From Octopus bimaculoides (taxonomy: Eukaryota), in contig NC_068983.1 of assembly GCF_001194135.2 (NCBI RefSeq), positions 39,149,754 to 39,187,924 of the forward strand: DNA of 38,171 nt, written 5' to 3'. The position numbers were made by a program, and so were the translations under genes. The notes below the pieces were generated by a model, which worked only from the letters and a program-made list of their open reading frames with translations, was not told the DNA's origin and searched no databases. Shown piece after piece: positions 12,035 through 23,488 of the stretch. Numbering within the stretch: the first letter of the stretch is position 1; each line of letters opens with the position of its first letter.

Positions 12035-13135
12035 TAGGGCTCGCACAAAACCGATAATTCCCAAAACCGAGTTTAAGTACAAGTAATTCTCAAAACCGGT
12101 TAAAAACCGGTTTTCATGGATTTAGAGCGGTGTCCCTGTAACGAAGAAGTTTGTCATATATTGTATGTTGTTTATATACATACACAGAGAAAGAGAGAAA
12201 GTAACAGTTTGACTGATATCCACAAATATGTTGGTGGTGCCTGTATCTATATCTATGTACAAACAATAACAAAAAATAATGGTATTTTATTTATTTAATC
12301 AGGAATGCAACGTTTTTCCAAGTCGTTCTATTTTTGAGAATCAATCAAGTTTCCTGACTTGCTTGATGATTCACTTTCCTTCGAAAATAATCTTTTAAAA
12401 AACACGATGCATTCAGTGTTTTACCTGACAAACTTGTCCTAATTTTTGTGTTGAAAAGTCCAGTAATTGAAAAAGCTCTTTCCAGCTGGACACTAGTTGC
12501 TTTAGTTGTAAGCAATGCTCTNNNNNNNNNNNNNNNNNNNNNNNNNNNNNNNNNNNNNNNNNNNNNNNNNNNNNNNNNNNNNNNNNNNNNNNNNNNNNNN
12601 NNNNNNNNNNNNNNNNNNNNNNNNNNNNNNNNNNNNNNNNNNNNNNNNNNNNNNNNNNNNNNNNNNNNNNNNNNNNNNNNNNNNNNNNNNNNNNNNNNNN
12701 NNNNNNNNNNNNNNNNNNNNNNNNNNNNNNNNNNNNNNNNNNNNNNNNNNNNNNNNNNNNNNNNNNNNNNNNNNNNNNNNNNNNNNNNNNNNNNNNNNNN
12801 NNNNATTTGTTTTTAGGTCTCGTCCTATTTCATTTTCTTTGTATAATTCTGTTGTGTTCTCAGCGTCATGTTCAGGAAATTATCTCCTATATGTTTGTTC
12901 AGCATACTTCCTTAAATGTTGTTTCGTTAAAAAAAGAAAAGGTCCAGAAATTAATTCATCTTTAAACTTCCTTGGGTTATGTAAATACCTCAAGGGAATC
13001 AAGGTTTCAACATTTCTTCTCTTATATCTATGCATAAGCCTTTCACGAGCCAAAGAAACAACCAGCATTAAAATCGGTTTTGGCAAATCCGTTTCGGTTT
13101 TACTGATCATAATATAAAACCGGTTTCGAGCCCTA
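12035..13135 (-). mobile_element. hAT DNA transposon, internal-deletion derivative
   Basis: TIRs TAGGGCTCG (12035-12043) and CGAGCCCTA (13127-13135). Perfect 8-bp TSD GCATCCAC at 12027-12034 and 13136-13143. Clustered subterminal AAAACCG/CGGTTTT motifs at both ends. Transposase remnants lie on the minus strand. Contains the N gap 12522-12804. Confidence 0.95.
12345..13075 (-). pseudogene. hAT transposase C-terminal remnant including the dimerisation domain
   Basis: 12521->12345 translates as RALLTTKATSVQLERAFSITGLFNTKIRTSLSGKTLNASCFLKDYF...stop, matching the hAT dimerisation motif (P/A)TSV..ERAFS..G. Right of the gap it reads ...ERLMHRYKRRNVETLIPLRYLHNP..., with an in-frame stop at 12880. 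The N-terminal part of the transposase is absent. Confidence 0.9.
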
Positions 13136-13648
13136 GCATCCACCCACCACACTGCGTTTTCAAAATTGTCGCATCTGTGATACAAACAAGACTTCATACT
13201 ACTATTTAGCTATGGCGTCCTGACTGGGATAAGCTGTATTTTGCACTTAATGACCTTACAGAATCTTTGCTCTATCTATTAAATAAAAATACCACAAAAA
13301 TTGGGATGAGTCTCTATTGAAGTTAGTAACTTGTTACACAAAGCAGAGAACTACTTTAAATATTTGTACCATTTGTCCTCTCCTGGCTTCCGCATCTGAA
13401 AATCGTTCACCTAAATCCCAACCTTCCCCTCATGTTTAACTTAAAAATAGATCTGTCATAAAGGACCAACAACTCTTTTTATTTTTCTTGTAACCTAATC
13501 TTTCTGTCCAGTAATTTCATTAAATAATTTCCTTAGTTTCATGCGATTTATTCTCCCAGTTTTTCTTTTTAGATTTTTATATATATATATATATATATAT
13601 TTATGCTTTATTTTTTTTTTTCTTAATTTCCCCTTATTTTAATGAATT

Positions 13649-13682
13649 GTTTTTTTTTTATCTTCTCTCATTTCAGGTAAGT
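13649..13682 (+). promoter_or_regulatory. Juxtaposed 3' splice site and 5' splice site (candidate recursive splice site, or end of a pyrimidine-rich exon)
   Basis: TTTTTTTTTTTATCTTCTCTCATTTCAG|GTAAGT: a long polypyrimidine tract plus CAG (AG at 13675-13676) directly followed by a consensus donor. Confidence 0.4.
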
Positions 13683-13712
13683 TTCGCCATTCATGTTTTG
13701 TTTGTGTTCCAA

Positions 13713-13747
<35 letters not shown>

Positions 13748-15483
13748 NNNNNNNNNNNNNNNNNNNNNNNNNNNNNNNNNNNNNNNNNNNNNNNNNNNNN
13801 NNNNNNNNNNNNNNNNNNNNNNNNNNNNNNNNNNNNNNNNNNNNNNNNNNNNNNNNNNNNNNNNNNNNNNNNNNNNNNNNNNNNNNNNNNNNNNNNNNNN
13901 NNNNNNNNNNNNNNNNNNNNNNNNNNNNNNNNNNNNNNNNNNNNNNNNNNNNNNNNNNNNNNNNNNNNNNNNNNNNNNNNNNNNNNNNNNNNNNNNNNNN
14001 NNNNNNNNNNNNNNNNNNNNNNNNNNNNNNNNNNNNNNNNNNNNNNNNNNNNNNNNNNNNNNNNNNNNNNNNNNNNNNNNNNNNNNNNNNNNNNNNNNNN
14101 NNNNNNNNNNNNNNNNNNNNNNNNNNNNNNNNNNNNNNNNNNNNNNNNNNNNNNNNNNNNNNNNNNNNNNNNNNNNNNNNNNNNNNNNNNNNNNNNNNNN
14201 NNNNNNNNNNNNNNNNNNNNNNNNNNNNNNNNNNNNNNNNNNNNNNNAGTTTTTGAATATATATCAACTTTAAATAGAGCTCAAAATTGATCCGTTGAAA
14301 ATACTTTATTGCAACAACAATAACAATAATAATAACAAATAAATAGACCTATGTACATTTCGATAGAACATCCAGAATGATTAATACATATCATAAAATA
14401 TTATAAAATATAGGATACTCCATCTCCTCAGGGTCCCATTATTATTGCTATCATCACCATCATTATTATTAGCAATACACATCCAAAAAAAAACAGAAAC
14501 CATTCAAATCTAATTTTCATAGTTGACCCATGAAAATATACAAAACAGGATGAAAAAGTAATAGATGGCACACAACTTTCCATCCCAAATGTGCAATGAA
14601 CGAGCAAATGGTAAATTTCTTCAAATCTAAACCTAAAAATTTAATATTATAATTTCATTTACTGTTCAATTTAGAATGCTATAAAATCCGTTAGAGTAAT
14701 AATCATCAAAATAAATATCTTGATATTTATATTGGTGGCACGTTAGAAAATCATTCGAGCGAGGTCATTGCCAGTGCAGCTGGACTGGCTCCCATGCAGG
14801 TAGTACGTAAAAAACACCTTTTTGAGCGTGGCCATTGTTAGTACCGTGTGACTGGCCCTCGTGCCGGTGGCACGTAAAAGCACCCACTACACTCTCGGAG
14901 TGGTTGGCTACCATCGTTTAATGCCCGTCTTCCATACTGGCATGACTTGGATAGTTTGACAGGAGCCAGTGAGGCAGGAACCTGCACCAATACACGCACA
15001 CATGCATGTACATACATATTTATACATGCATACACACACACACACATAACAGACTTTTTTAGTTTCCATCTACCAATATCACACAAGGCTATAGTATAGG
15101 ACACCGTGACTATAGTATAGGACGCCACCCGACAACATTCATACATCATTCATGCGAGGAGATTGAGCCACCACCCACTTGGCTCTGGAGTAAATTTCCT
15201 AAATGATACAAGAAATCATTTAAGAACACAAGAGAATTAGCTTAAGTTTGACATGTCTGACTTTTCTGTTTTGTAGTCATTTCAGAAACAAATGATATCA
15301 TCACATCCTAAACAAAAAAAAGCAAAATAAATAAATAAAAATAATAATAATAATAATAATAATATTAAATTGAAGACAAGAAAAATGAAGTAGCTGTTAC
15401 CACTGTTCAGAAAAGTTTACAAATGATTTCCTATCTTAACACCAATTGTTAGTTTTGTTTTCGTTTTTGTGTTTTGTTTTGTT

Positions 15484-15529
<46 letters not shown>

Positions 15530-17079
15530 TGCTTTAACAGTAGAATTGTCAATGCCAAAAAGTTGTCTGAATGACAATCGAGTTGGATTTTCAAGTATTT
15601 AATTCTGTTTGGTGCGATTTTTTTAAATTTTTTTTTCCTAGCTATATCTATTCAATTTTGGCAAGTGTAGAAATGTTAAATTCATTTCACTGATTCAGTA
15701 ACTTCAATTCTAAATATGCATAAACTCAATTTAGCTGAAACAATAGAAACAGAATTAAGAAGACACTAAATACTTCTCCTTTCTTTTTTTCTTTTCCATG
15801 CGCACACACACACACACACGCACACGCACACACACACACACACACCTGTATATCTCACAAATTGTTGCTTAACTCCAGGTTAGTCCTGATTAAGTAGACA
15901 GTATGGTAATATACAAAAAGTGGGTTAAGTGAAATATAATCGAAAGAACTTTACATGTTTTAGAAATTAATTTTCTCTCTTCTTAATATGAAAATCTTAC
16001 AGTTTGGTAAATGGATTATTGTATCACAGATCCACTGACTGGAATAATACATTTGTCTTGGGGTCTATCTCTAATTGAAAGAAGCTGCTTTCATTATCAT
16101 CATCATCATCATCATCATCATCGTCGTCATTATCATCATTGTCATTGTCGTCATCATCTTCATCACTGTCATCATTATCACCACCATTTGTTTTAGTGTC
16201 TACTTTTCCATGCTTGCAAGAGTCAGATGGAATTAATGGAGACAGACTTTCTGCAACTGGATGGATGCCCTTCCAGTCACCAACATTTATTTGTTTCCAA
16301 GAAAGAGTAATAATATTTCTCCATGGCTAGATATGTTTCCATGGAAGATTGGAAACAAATGACACCACTTGTACGACAGTGACACTCATTTACAACTATT
16401 ATTACATCTTTTTTAATAATGATAATTCACATTTATAAAATCTCACCAATTTCAGTAGATAAAATAAAAATTATGGGAAGGTCTTCATACACGTTATTTT
16501 ATACATGAGTTCATTTTAGCTCCTTGAATTTTTTTGACTTTGTGTCATTTGATTTTATGTCCATTTTTCCATGTTAGCATGTGATAAATGAATGTTATTG
16601 CAGTATCGCCTGTATTTCAATTAAGGGATCCCTTATTCACATAGCTTCAAAGGCACTGAGTGAGTGGTTGATTTATTGGCAGGAGATGTTCCAAGCAGAA
16701 CACTGTAAGCATTGTAACTGTCATATAAGCAAGTGAAAATGTAAATAATGTAAATAATACACTTATATACAAGTGCATGTGTACCCCCACACACATGCAT
16801 GCACTTATATGTGTGTATGATAGGCTTTTTCTGTTTCCATCCTACCAAATTAACTCACAAGACATTTGTGGGTTCAGGGGCTTGTTTAAGGTGTTATGCA
16901 GTAGGACTGAACTCAAGACCACATAATTGGGAAGTAACCTTCTTAATCGCAGTGCCAAGTCACTTACTAAATTAAAACAGATGAGAATAAAGAGGAAGAA
17001 GTATTTAGTAAATTGTAAATTTATTCAATGTAATTTATTCAAAGCAACAAGGAGCATCTGTAAAATGAATCTTGTAGGT

Positions 17080-17460
17080 TCATTGTTGAGTCCCATGCCA
17101 GTGGCACATAAACAGCACCATTCTAGCATGTTTGTTGCCAGTACTGCCTGATTGGCTCCCGTGCTGATGGCACATAAAAAGCACCATTCAAGCATGGTTG
17201 ATGTCAGTACCGCTTGACTGGCCCTTGTGCTGGTGGCATGTAAAAAGCACCCACTACACACTCGTAGTGGTTGGCATCCAGCTGTAGAAACTTTGCCAGA
17301 TTGGATTGGATTGGAGCCTGGTGCAGCCTTCTGGCTTGCCAGCCCTCAGTCAAACTGTCCAGCTCATGCCAGCATGTAAAGCAGACATTAAACAATGATG
17401 GTGATTGATGGTGATGGTGATGGTGATGTGATGATGATGATGATGATGATGAAGAAGAAG
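17080..17460 (+). mobile_element. SINE family C with an RTE-like (GAT)n tail (Ceph-like domain); other copies at ~867-1030 -, 3040-3355 -, 14730-14990 +, 16095-16400 -, 18880-19070 +, 28515-28950 -, 29260-29360 -, 32074-32256 +, 34930-35055 +, 36140-36295 +, 37455-37605 +
   Basis: Recurrent GTTGGCGTTAGGAAGGGCATCCAGCTGTAGAAAC and CATGCTAGCATGGAAAA.GGAC.TTAAA.GATGATGATG motifs. The family name is tentative. Confidence 0.7.
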
Positions 17461-17555
17461 AAACTCAAAATTTGACTTGCTTCTTCACAGTATTCCAATT
17501 TCGTTTCAAATACTTCCTCTTACAAAGGTTTCTTTAGCCAAATCGACTGCATTAA

Positions 17556-17775
17556 CCCTTTCGTTACCATATTTTTGTTGAAATACATTACCTTCGTTTC
17601 AGTTAATTTTTAGAATAATGAAGAATTTAGTAAAATAACTGTTATTATATATCTGGTGTTTGAAACATAAACTATCATTAAATTTTGATAGACGTTTTTA
17701 ATTTAAATCAGTTTAAACCAAAGAATCTCCATCAAAAGAACCTTGGACAGTCTCAGGTGGGTTGGCACCAAAGAG
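17556..17775. mobile_element. piggyBac-like TTAA MITE, family 2 (a further partial copy at ~34405-34560)
   Basis: TTAA|CCCTTTCGTTACC ... CAAAGAG|TTTA. Homologous to 33211-33405. Confidence 0.7.
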
Positions 17776-17959
17776 TTTACTTACTTTTGAAAGTATGTTT
17801 GAAGTATTAACCATTCCAGTGACTACATAACAATCAAAATCAAGCATTTGTCAGTTCTCAGTTAAATTGTATCTACCTTAGGAATTTATTTTGATAAGAA
17901 TTTATTGAGGTGCTATCAGGATCGTTCGTTGGTGATTAAGTTCTCTGTTGGTATTGTTA

Positions 17960-18430
17960 GGTCTAAACAATTTCTTTAACTTAACAAGAATATAATGCAG
18001 GAAGTGCCAGCAACAATAATGAAGGGGTTAGCACGCCAAAAATGAAGGTGCTTGTAGCAGAATCCATTCTGTTAGAAACAGTTAAATTAGACAGATGGTT
18101 AGGAAATCTCTTGATGATAAGCCAATAAAATGAAATATCTTGTGCTATGTGTGAATGAAGCTTTATCCATTTAGTCATTTGTGACTCCTTAGAATGGTTT
18201 CACAAAAGAAAGAATTCTAATAATTCTCTAATTATGTTTGCTGTTTGAATCAGGAAGAAGAGATTTCCCTTATTAAAACATTTATCTTTAGATAATCTGC
18301 AGAAGATGCCTCCTTACAGCTTTTATTCCATCAATAGAATTTGTTAAGCACTTCCTCTGTGATGAAATTACTATTTCACTGCCAGTCATTAAATGCTGCC
18401 TTTACAGCATGTAATGAATTTTGTTTCTTT
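17960..18430 (-). mobile_element. Decayed LINE ORF2 fragment (endonuclease-RT linker region)
   Basis: Stop-riddled minus frame with WNKSCKEA...Y....EISSS and LSSRDF, similar to the CR1/Jockey linker. Weak. Confidence 0.3.
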
Positions 18431-19184
18431 TTTTTTTGGTAATATTTTTGTATAATAATATCATTGCTAATGATTGATGGTAACATGAATACAACTGCCA
18501 TACTTGAAAATGATATTGGCTACGGCAGAAAACCTTGAAGCACTCAAAAAGCTTTCATTCTTTATATTAATATGTTTTCATGTATTTTTAATGTGAGGGC
18601 ATACATTTAACCTAAGACATCCACCAAGGTATTGTTTGAAAATGAATATACCCATGTACCCATGGCTGAAACTGTTTTAGTTTCTCACAGCATGTTAGGC
18701 AAGTGTCTCCTCCTATAAGCACTGGGCTGACTAAAGCCTTGTGAGCGGATTTGGTGGAAGCAAAGTGAAAGAAGCTCATAGCATGATTGTGTGTGTGTGT
18801 GTGTGTGTGTCTATGTGCGTGCGTGCGAACCCTTGTCTAGACATTACATTACAGTTACAAATATGCTTCATTGTCTTACAAGCAAGCTTGTTTGTTTCCA
18901 TGAACGATGTGTCTAGGTACGAGAAAAATATTATTTTGCTTGGAAACAGTTGAAGGTTGGTGACAGAAAGAGCATGTTGCAGAAGAAAACATGCATGATG
19001 ATGATGATGGATAACGACAACAATGACGAGAACAATCATCATCAACATCGTCATCATCACCATCATCATCAATTTTAAAATTTCACTGATCTGTTGATAA
19101 TAATGCTGATGATGATGAAGGGAATTTTGAATCTACATTGAAGTAGAGCACTTGACTGTTGTAACTTTAGACTTCACTCTCTTC

Positions 19185-19604
19185 ACAAGAAAATAAAAAA
19201 ATGTTTGTGGGAGGGGGTTGGTCACTTAGATCAACTCCAGTATGCAACTGGTATTTAATTTATCCACCCCGAAAAGATGAAAGGCAAAGTCGACCTCGGT
19301 GGAATTTGAACTGAGAATGTAAAGACAGACGAAATACCACTAAGCATTTTGCCCAGCATGCTAATGTTTCTTATTTCTTTACTGCCCACAAGGGGCTACA
19401 CACAGAGGGAACAAACAAGGACAGACAAACGGATTAAGTCGATTATATCGACCCAAGTGCATAACTGGTACTTATTTAATCGATCCCGAAAGGATGAAAG
19501 GCAAAGTCAACCTCAGCAGAATTTGAACTCAGAACGTAGCGGCAGATGAAATACCACTAAGCATTTCGCCCAGCGTACTAACGATTCTGCCAGCTCGCCG
19601 CCTT
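19185..19604 (-). mobile_element. Tandem pair of family B SINEs
   Basis: Two head-to-tail copies, junction at ~19365-19372. Confidence 0.8.
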
Positions 19605-19624
19605 CACACACACACACACACACA

Positions 19625-19790
19625 CATACATAAATATACAACGAGCTTTGTTCAGTTTCCACCTACCAAATCCACTCACAGGGCTTTGGTTGGCCTGAGG
19701 CTATAGTAGAAGACACTTGACCAAGGTGTCATGCAGTGGGACTGAACCCAGAACCATGCGGTTAGTAAGCAAGCTACTTAACACACGATT
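19625..19790 (-). mobile_element. Family A SINE head (similar partial copies at ~15040-15205 -, 16820-16955 -, 18655-18790 +, 21290-21430 - tail, 22770-22928 -, 35675-35830 +)
   Basis: Contains the shared TTCAGTTTCC..CTACCAAATCCACTCACA..GCTTTGGT..GCC.GAGGCTATAGTAGAAGACACTTG motif. Confidence 0.75.
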
Positions 19791-20214
19791 TTCACATGTC
19801 ATTTGTCTTATAGTACAAACAAGTAAGGGAGAAATCAATAACTTTAAAAAAACCCAAAAAACTCCTTGTTACACAATATTGCCTCCATTCCGACTGGAAA
19901 TCTTAGATAAGAAAGCAAAATGACATTTTCATTGTAAAAATGATATAAAACTCATTTCCCCAAGCGTTGATTTTTTTTTTTTTTTGTTATCAACTTGGCC
20001 ATATCTCTATGTTGTCTTTTTATTTTATTTTGTTAGGTTATTTTTTTGAAGAAGACAAACGTTTGAATATTTTGTAGGATTTTTATATATTTAATGTAAA
20101 GTATTGTTGTTGTCATAGTTGTTGTTATTGTTGTGTATTGTTGGTGTTGTTAGTAAGTGGAAGATGAACAACATGTGTTAACTGATGGTAATGAGAGAGG
20201 TTGATACCATCATC

Positions 20215-20545
20215 ATCATTTTTTTCTCATATTTCTCCCCTATTCTCCCTTCCCTCCCTTTTCTCCTCCCCCTCTCTTCCTCCTCTTCTCCTCATTTGCT
20301 CCTCTTACTCTCCTCTTCTCCACTCCTCTCTTCTCTGCTCCTCATCTCATCTTCTCAGCCTCTTTTTCATCTGCTCTGCTTTTTCTTCATCCTCCTCTCT
20401 TTCCACTCTTCATCCTCTTCTCTTCCTCCACTTCTCCTCTTCTATCCTTCTCCTCCTCTTCTATGCTCCTCTTTTATCCTCTTCTATCCTCCTCTTCGAT
20501 GCTCCTCTTTTATCCTCCTCTTCTCTCTGCCTCCTCCTCATCACA
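20215..20545 (+). repeat. CT-rich polypyrimidine low-complexity tract with degenerate tandem units
   Basis: About 330 bp almost free of purines on the plus strand. Repeated CCTCTTC.ATGCTCCTCTTTTATCC units. Confidence 0.9.
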
Positions 20546-21170
20546 TCACCAATAACAAACAAATATAGCAATATATCATAGCAATAGGACAAACATAGAA
20601 AGGTGTTCCCAGACTTGCTTCAAATATAACAGGGGGCCAGCATTGGGCTCCAGACCAGAATTCTAACATAGCCTTCACACAGCAATGTACTACCATGTTA
20701 AATCTCTCACTCCACTCACCAGAGTCAGGCCATGAAATGTGACAAAACTATTACAAATGCTTGGGTATTATTATACCAAGTGATAACTTTCCTTAAACAT
20801 CTTTGCAGATTTCTTTTGTGGGATAAAAGTTAACAAACTAAAACCAAATCTGCCAACTGAGATTAAAAACCAGCTTTGAAATCAATTTACCTTATCTATC
20901 TGGCGATGTATATTGCACACAGAGGAATAGAAAACTTTTATTACAAGCCAAAATTGAGTCAGCTATTTTTTATTTATTTTATTTATTATTATTATTATTA
21001 TTATTTTTTTTTTTTTTGTTAAATTGTTTAGAGTTTCCAGATGTTTCTAAAAGAAGTATTTTGTTAAAAAAAGTTATTTGATTGAGTAGGAATAAGAATG
21101 GGAAAGTTGTGAAAAAAAAAAAAAAATTGTTTTTTGTTTTTTACATACATTATTAGAATGAAATATTTTT

Positions 21171-21280
21171 TTATGAGAAAAATGTATTACAAATGTATGA
21201 GTGGTAAATACTAAGGAATATCTTAATGCATTCATAATGTGTGTAATGTATATTAGTTAAACCTCCCCCACACACACGTT
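21171..21280 (+). repeat. Short local duplicate of the sequence flanking the 22965-23707 insertion (empty-site paralogue)
   Basis: TTATGAGAAAAATGTATTACAAAT-GTATGAGTGGTAAATACTAAGGAATATCTTAATGCATT matches 22941-22964 joined to 23716 onward, with a single copy of TTACAAAT (21187-21194). Confidence 0.9.
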
Positions 21281-21516
21281 TAAACCTCTCTCTCTCTCTT
21301 TTGTCTTTATCTTTTACTTGTTTCAGTGGCCATGCTGTTAAGTTATAGGGATGTAAACCACACCAATACCAGTTGTCATCAAGCAGTGGTGGGAGACACA
21401 CAGATGCACACACACACACACACACACACACGAAATATGAAAGAAAATGGAATTCACAACACTTTGTTATTCACTACGATTGTTTCGACCCATTGTGCAT
21501 CGATGCTTCATGGGTT

Positions 21517-21909
21517 GTTGTTGTTGTTGGCACTCCATCGTTTACGATGCTGAGGGTTCCAGTTGATCTGATCAACGGAACAGCCTGCTCATGAAATTAA
21601 CGTGCAAGTGGCTGAGCACTCCACAGACACATGTACCCTTAACGTAGTTCTCGGGGATATTTAGCATGGCACAGTGTGACAAGGCTGACCCTTTGAATTA
21701 CAGGCACAACAGAAACAGGAAGTAAGAGTGAGAGAAAGTTGTGATGAAAGAGTACAGCAGGGTTCGCCACCATCCCCTGCCGGAGCCTCGTGGAGCCTTA
21801 GGTGTTTTCGCTCAATAAACACTCAACAACGCCTGGTCTGGGAATTGAAACCGCGATCCTATGACCGCGAGTCCGCTGCCCTAATCACTGGGCCATTGCG
21901 CCTCCACCC
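21517..21909 (-). mobile_element. Full-length tRNA-Arg-related SINE (Octopus OR-like), young copy
   Basis: Minus-strand head GGAGGCGCAATGGCCCAGTGATTAGGGCAGCGGACTCGCGGTCATAGGATCGCGGTTTCAATTCCC with pol III A- and B-box-like motifs. (CAA)n tail. Perfect 12-bp TSD GCTTCATGGGTT at 21505-21516 and 21910-21921. Decayed partial relatives at ~8720-8830 and ~34775-34870. Confidence 0.85.
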
Positions 21910-22089
21910 GCTTCATGGGTTACATACTGTACAAACAGTTGTGGGGGCATCATAGATGCAGATGTGTCTCATTCAGTGACTTGTCAAAAGTTACCTAATA
22001 TTTTAACCCCCGTTTTGCTTATTTGAATTAGAATACATTTTGGTAGTCATAGTTCGCTACACATCTACACAAGAAATTGTTATATACAT

Positions 22090-22331
22090 CAGTGGTTCCC
22101 AAAGTGGGTAGTGCTGCCCCCTTGGGGATGGTGGAAAGATCCAGTGGGGGTGTTGAAGGAAAGTGGGATGATAATGGGGTGGCTGTGTGGTAAGTTGCTT
22201 GCTTACCAACCACATGGTTCCAGGTTCAGTCCCACTGTGTGGCATTTTAGGCGAGTGTCTTCTACTATAGTCTTGGGCTGACCAAAGTCTTGTGAGTGGA
22301 TTTGGTAGACAGAATCTGAAAGAAGCCCATC

Positions 22332-22379
<48 letters not shown>

Positions 22380-22762
22380 GTGTGTGTGTGTATATGTTTG
22401 TGTGTCTGTGTTTGTCCCCCCAACATTATTTGACAACTGATGCTGGTGTGTTTATATCCCCGTAACATTGCAGTTCAGCAAAATAGACTGATAGAATAAG
22501 TACCAGGCTTACAAAAAATAAGCCCTGAGGTCGATTTGCTCAACTAAAGGTGGTGCTCCAGCATGGCCACAGTCAAATGACTGAAGCAAGTAAAAGAATA
22601 AAAGAAAAAGGTTAATTAGGCTTAAGTTTTATTTGTGAAATACAGTTGTTTTGAATTTGCTGCAGAAAGTGGTCTATATTTGTGGTGGGGAAGGTTAGGG
22701 GTCACTAGGAATATGGCCTAGGTGCCAAGGGGGTAGCAGCCTGAAAAGTTTGGGAACTACTT
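22090..22762. mobile_element. hAT-Charlie-like MITE interrupted by a CORE-type SINE
   Basis: Ends CAGTGGTTCCCAAA and TTTGGGAACTACT. A SINE occupies ~22176-22606. No clean TSD. Confidence 0.7.
22176..22606 (+). mobile_element. tRNA-headed CORE-type SINE (family A), full length
   Basis: GGCTGTGTGGTAAG...GGTTCAGTCCCACTG (B-box-like), CORE-like GGCA..TTRGGCRAGTGTCTTC, internal (TA)n/(TG)n, and a tail ending AAGTAAAAGAATAAAAGAAA. Confidence 0.85.
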
Positions 22763-23183
22763 ATGTATACAATGGGCTTTTTTCAGTTTGCATCTACCAA
22801 ATCCACTCAAGGTTTTGGTCAGCCCGAGGCTGCAGGAGAAGACACTTGCCTAAGGTGTGACATAGTGGGGCTGAACCTGGAACCACATGATTGGAAAGCA
22901 AGCTTCTTATCACACAGCCACACCTGCACCAATAAACTAATTATGAGAAAAATGTATTACAAATAGGAGAAACAAGCAATAATAAATCTCTGAGCAAGAT
23001 GTAAACAGTAGCAGCACAGAACTGAAGTGTATTTGTCACCTAAATGTGGCGGACCTGTAGGGGACAATGCTACTGTTGTTTATAAGCCCCAGGAGGACAT
23101 CTCCTCCAGCTGGCTAATGACACACTATCTGTGTCCGATTTGTATTTGCAAAGTGAAATCATCGTTCCTATCTCTAACCTTAC

Positions 23184-23242
23184 GTAATACACATGGACCC
23201 AGGTTTCTGGGTAGCAATCCATCATCAGCATGTGACAATCAC
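23184..23242 (-). ncRNA. Minimal type I hammerhead ribozyme, copy A
   Basis: Minus strand reads GUGAU-UGU-CACAUG-CUGAUGA-UGGAUUGCUACCCA-GAAA-C-CUGG-GUC-CAUGUG-U-AUUAC. The CUGANGA/GAAA/UH core is intact. Stem I is CACAUG:CAUGUG (6 bp, Watson-Crick) plus a GUGAU:AUUAC extension. Stem II is UGG:CCA. The very short stem III, ACCUGGGU, is self-complementary with G.U pairs. Predicted cleavage is after C23196. Confidence 0.85.
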
Positions 23243-23488
23243 CAGCTAGTGATGAAAACTCATTCCAAACGCAAAATACTACATGCTTTTCCAGTTACAA
23301 ACTGTCGCTGGTCAAACTCTCTGCCACATTTAGGTGGCAAATACACTTCACAATTCCATGCTAATACTGTTTACGTCTTGCTCAGAAGAAATTTTTTTTT
23401 TTTTCTCCTTTTTCGAAATCAGCGACAATTTGTCACTGGAAAAAACATTTAGTGTTTTGCATTTGGAATGAGTTTTCATTGCTAGGTG

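Noticed and set aside
21840-21909. tRNA-Arg-like sequence as a tRNA gene
   Set aside because: No complete cloverleaf or acceptor stem. It is the head of a TSD-flanked SINE.
22965-23409. Reading the left unit as a hAT MITE (about 86-bp TIRs AGGAGAAA...TTTCTCCT, 8-bp TSD)
   Set aside because: The TSD copy lies at 23708, not after 23409, and AGGAG is not a hAT-type terminus. The TIR-like symmetry is better explained by the inverted-plus-tandem structure.
23027-23452. 141-aa ORF (+) and its 105-aa homologue at 23348-23665 (-)
   Set aside because: Both are antisense to the hammerheads. The homologue is frameshifted relative to it, no protein motif is recognisable, and the similarity is explained by the inverted repeat.
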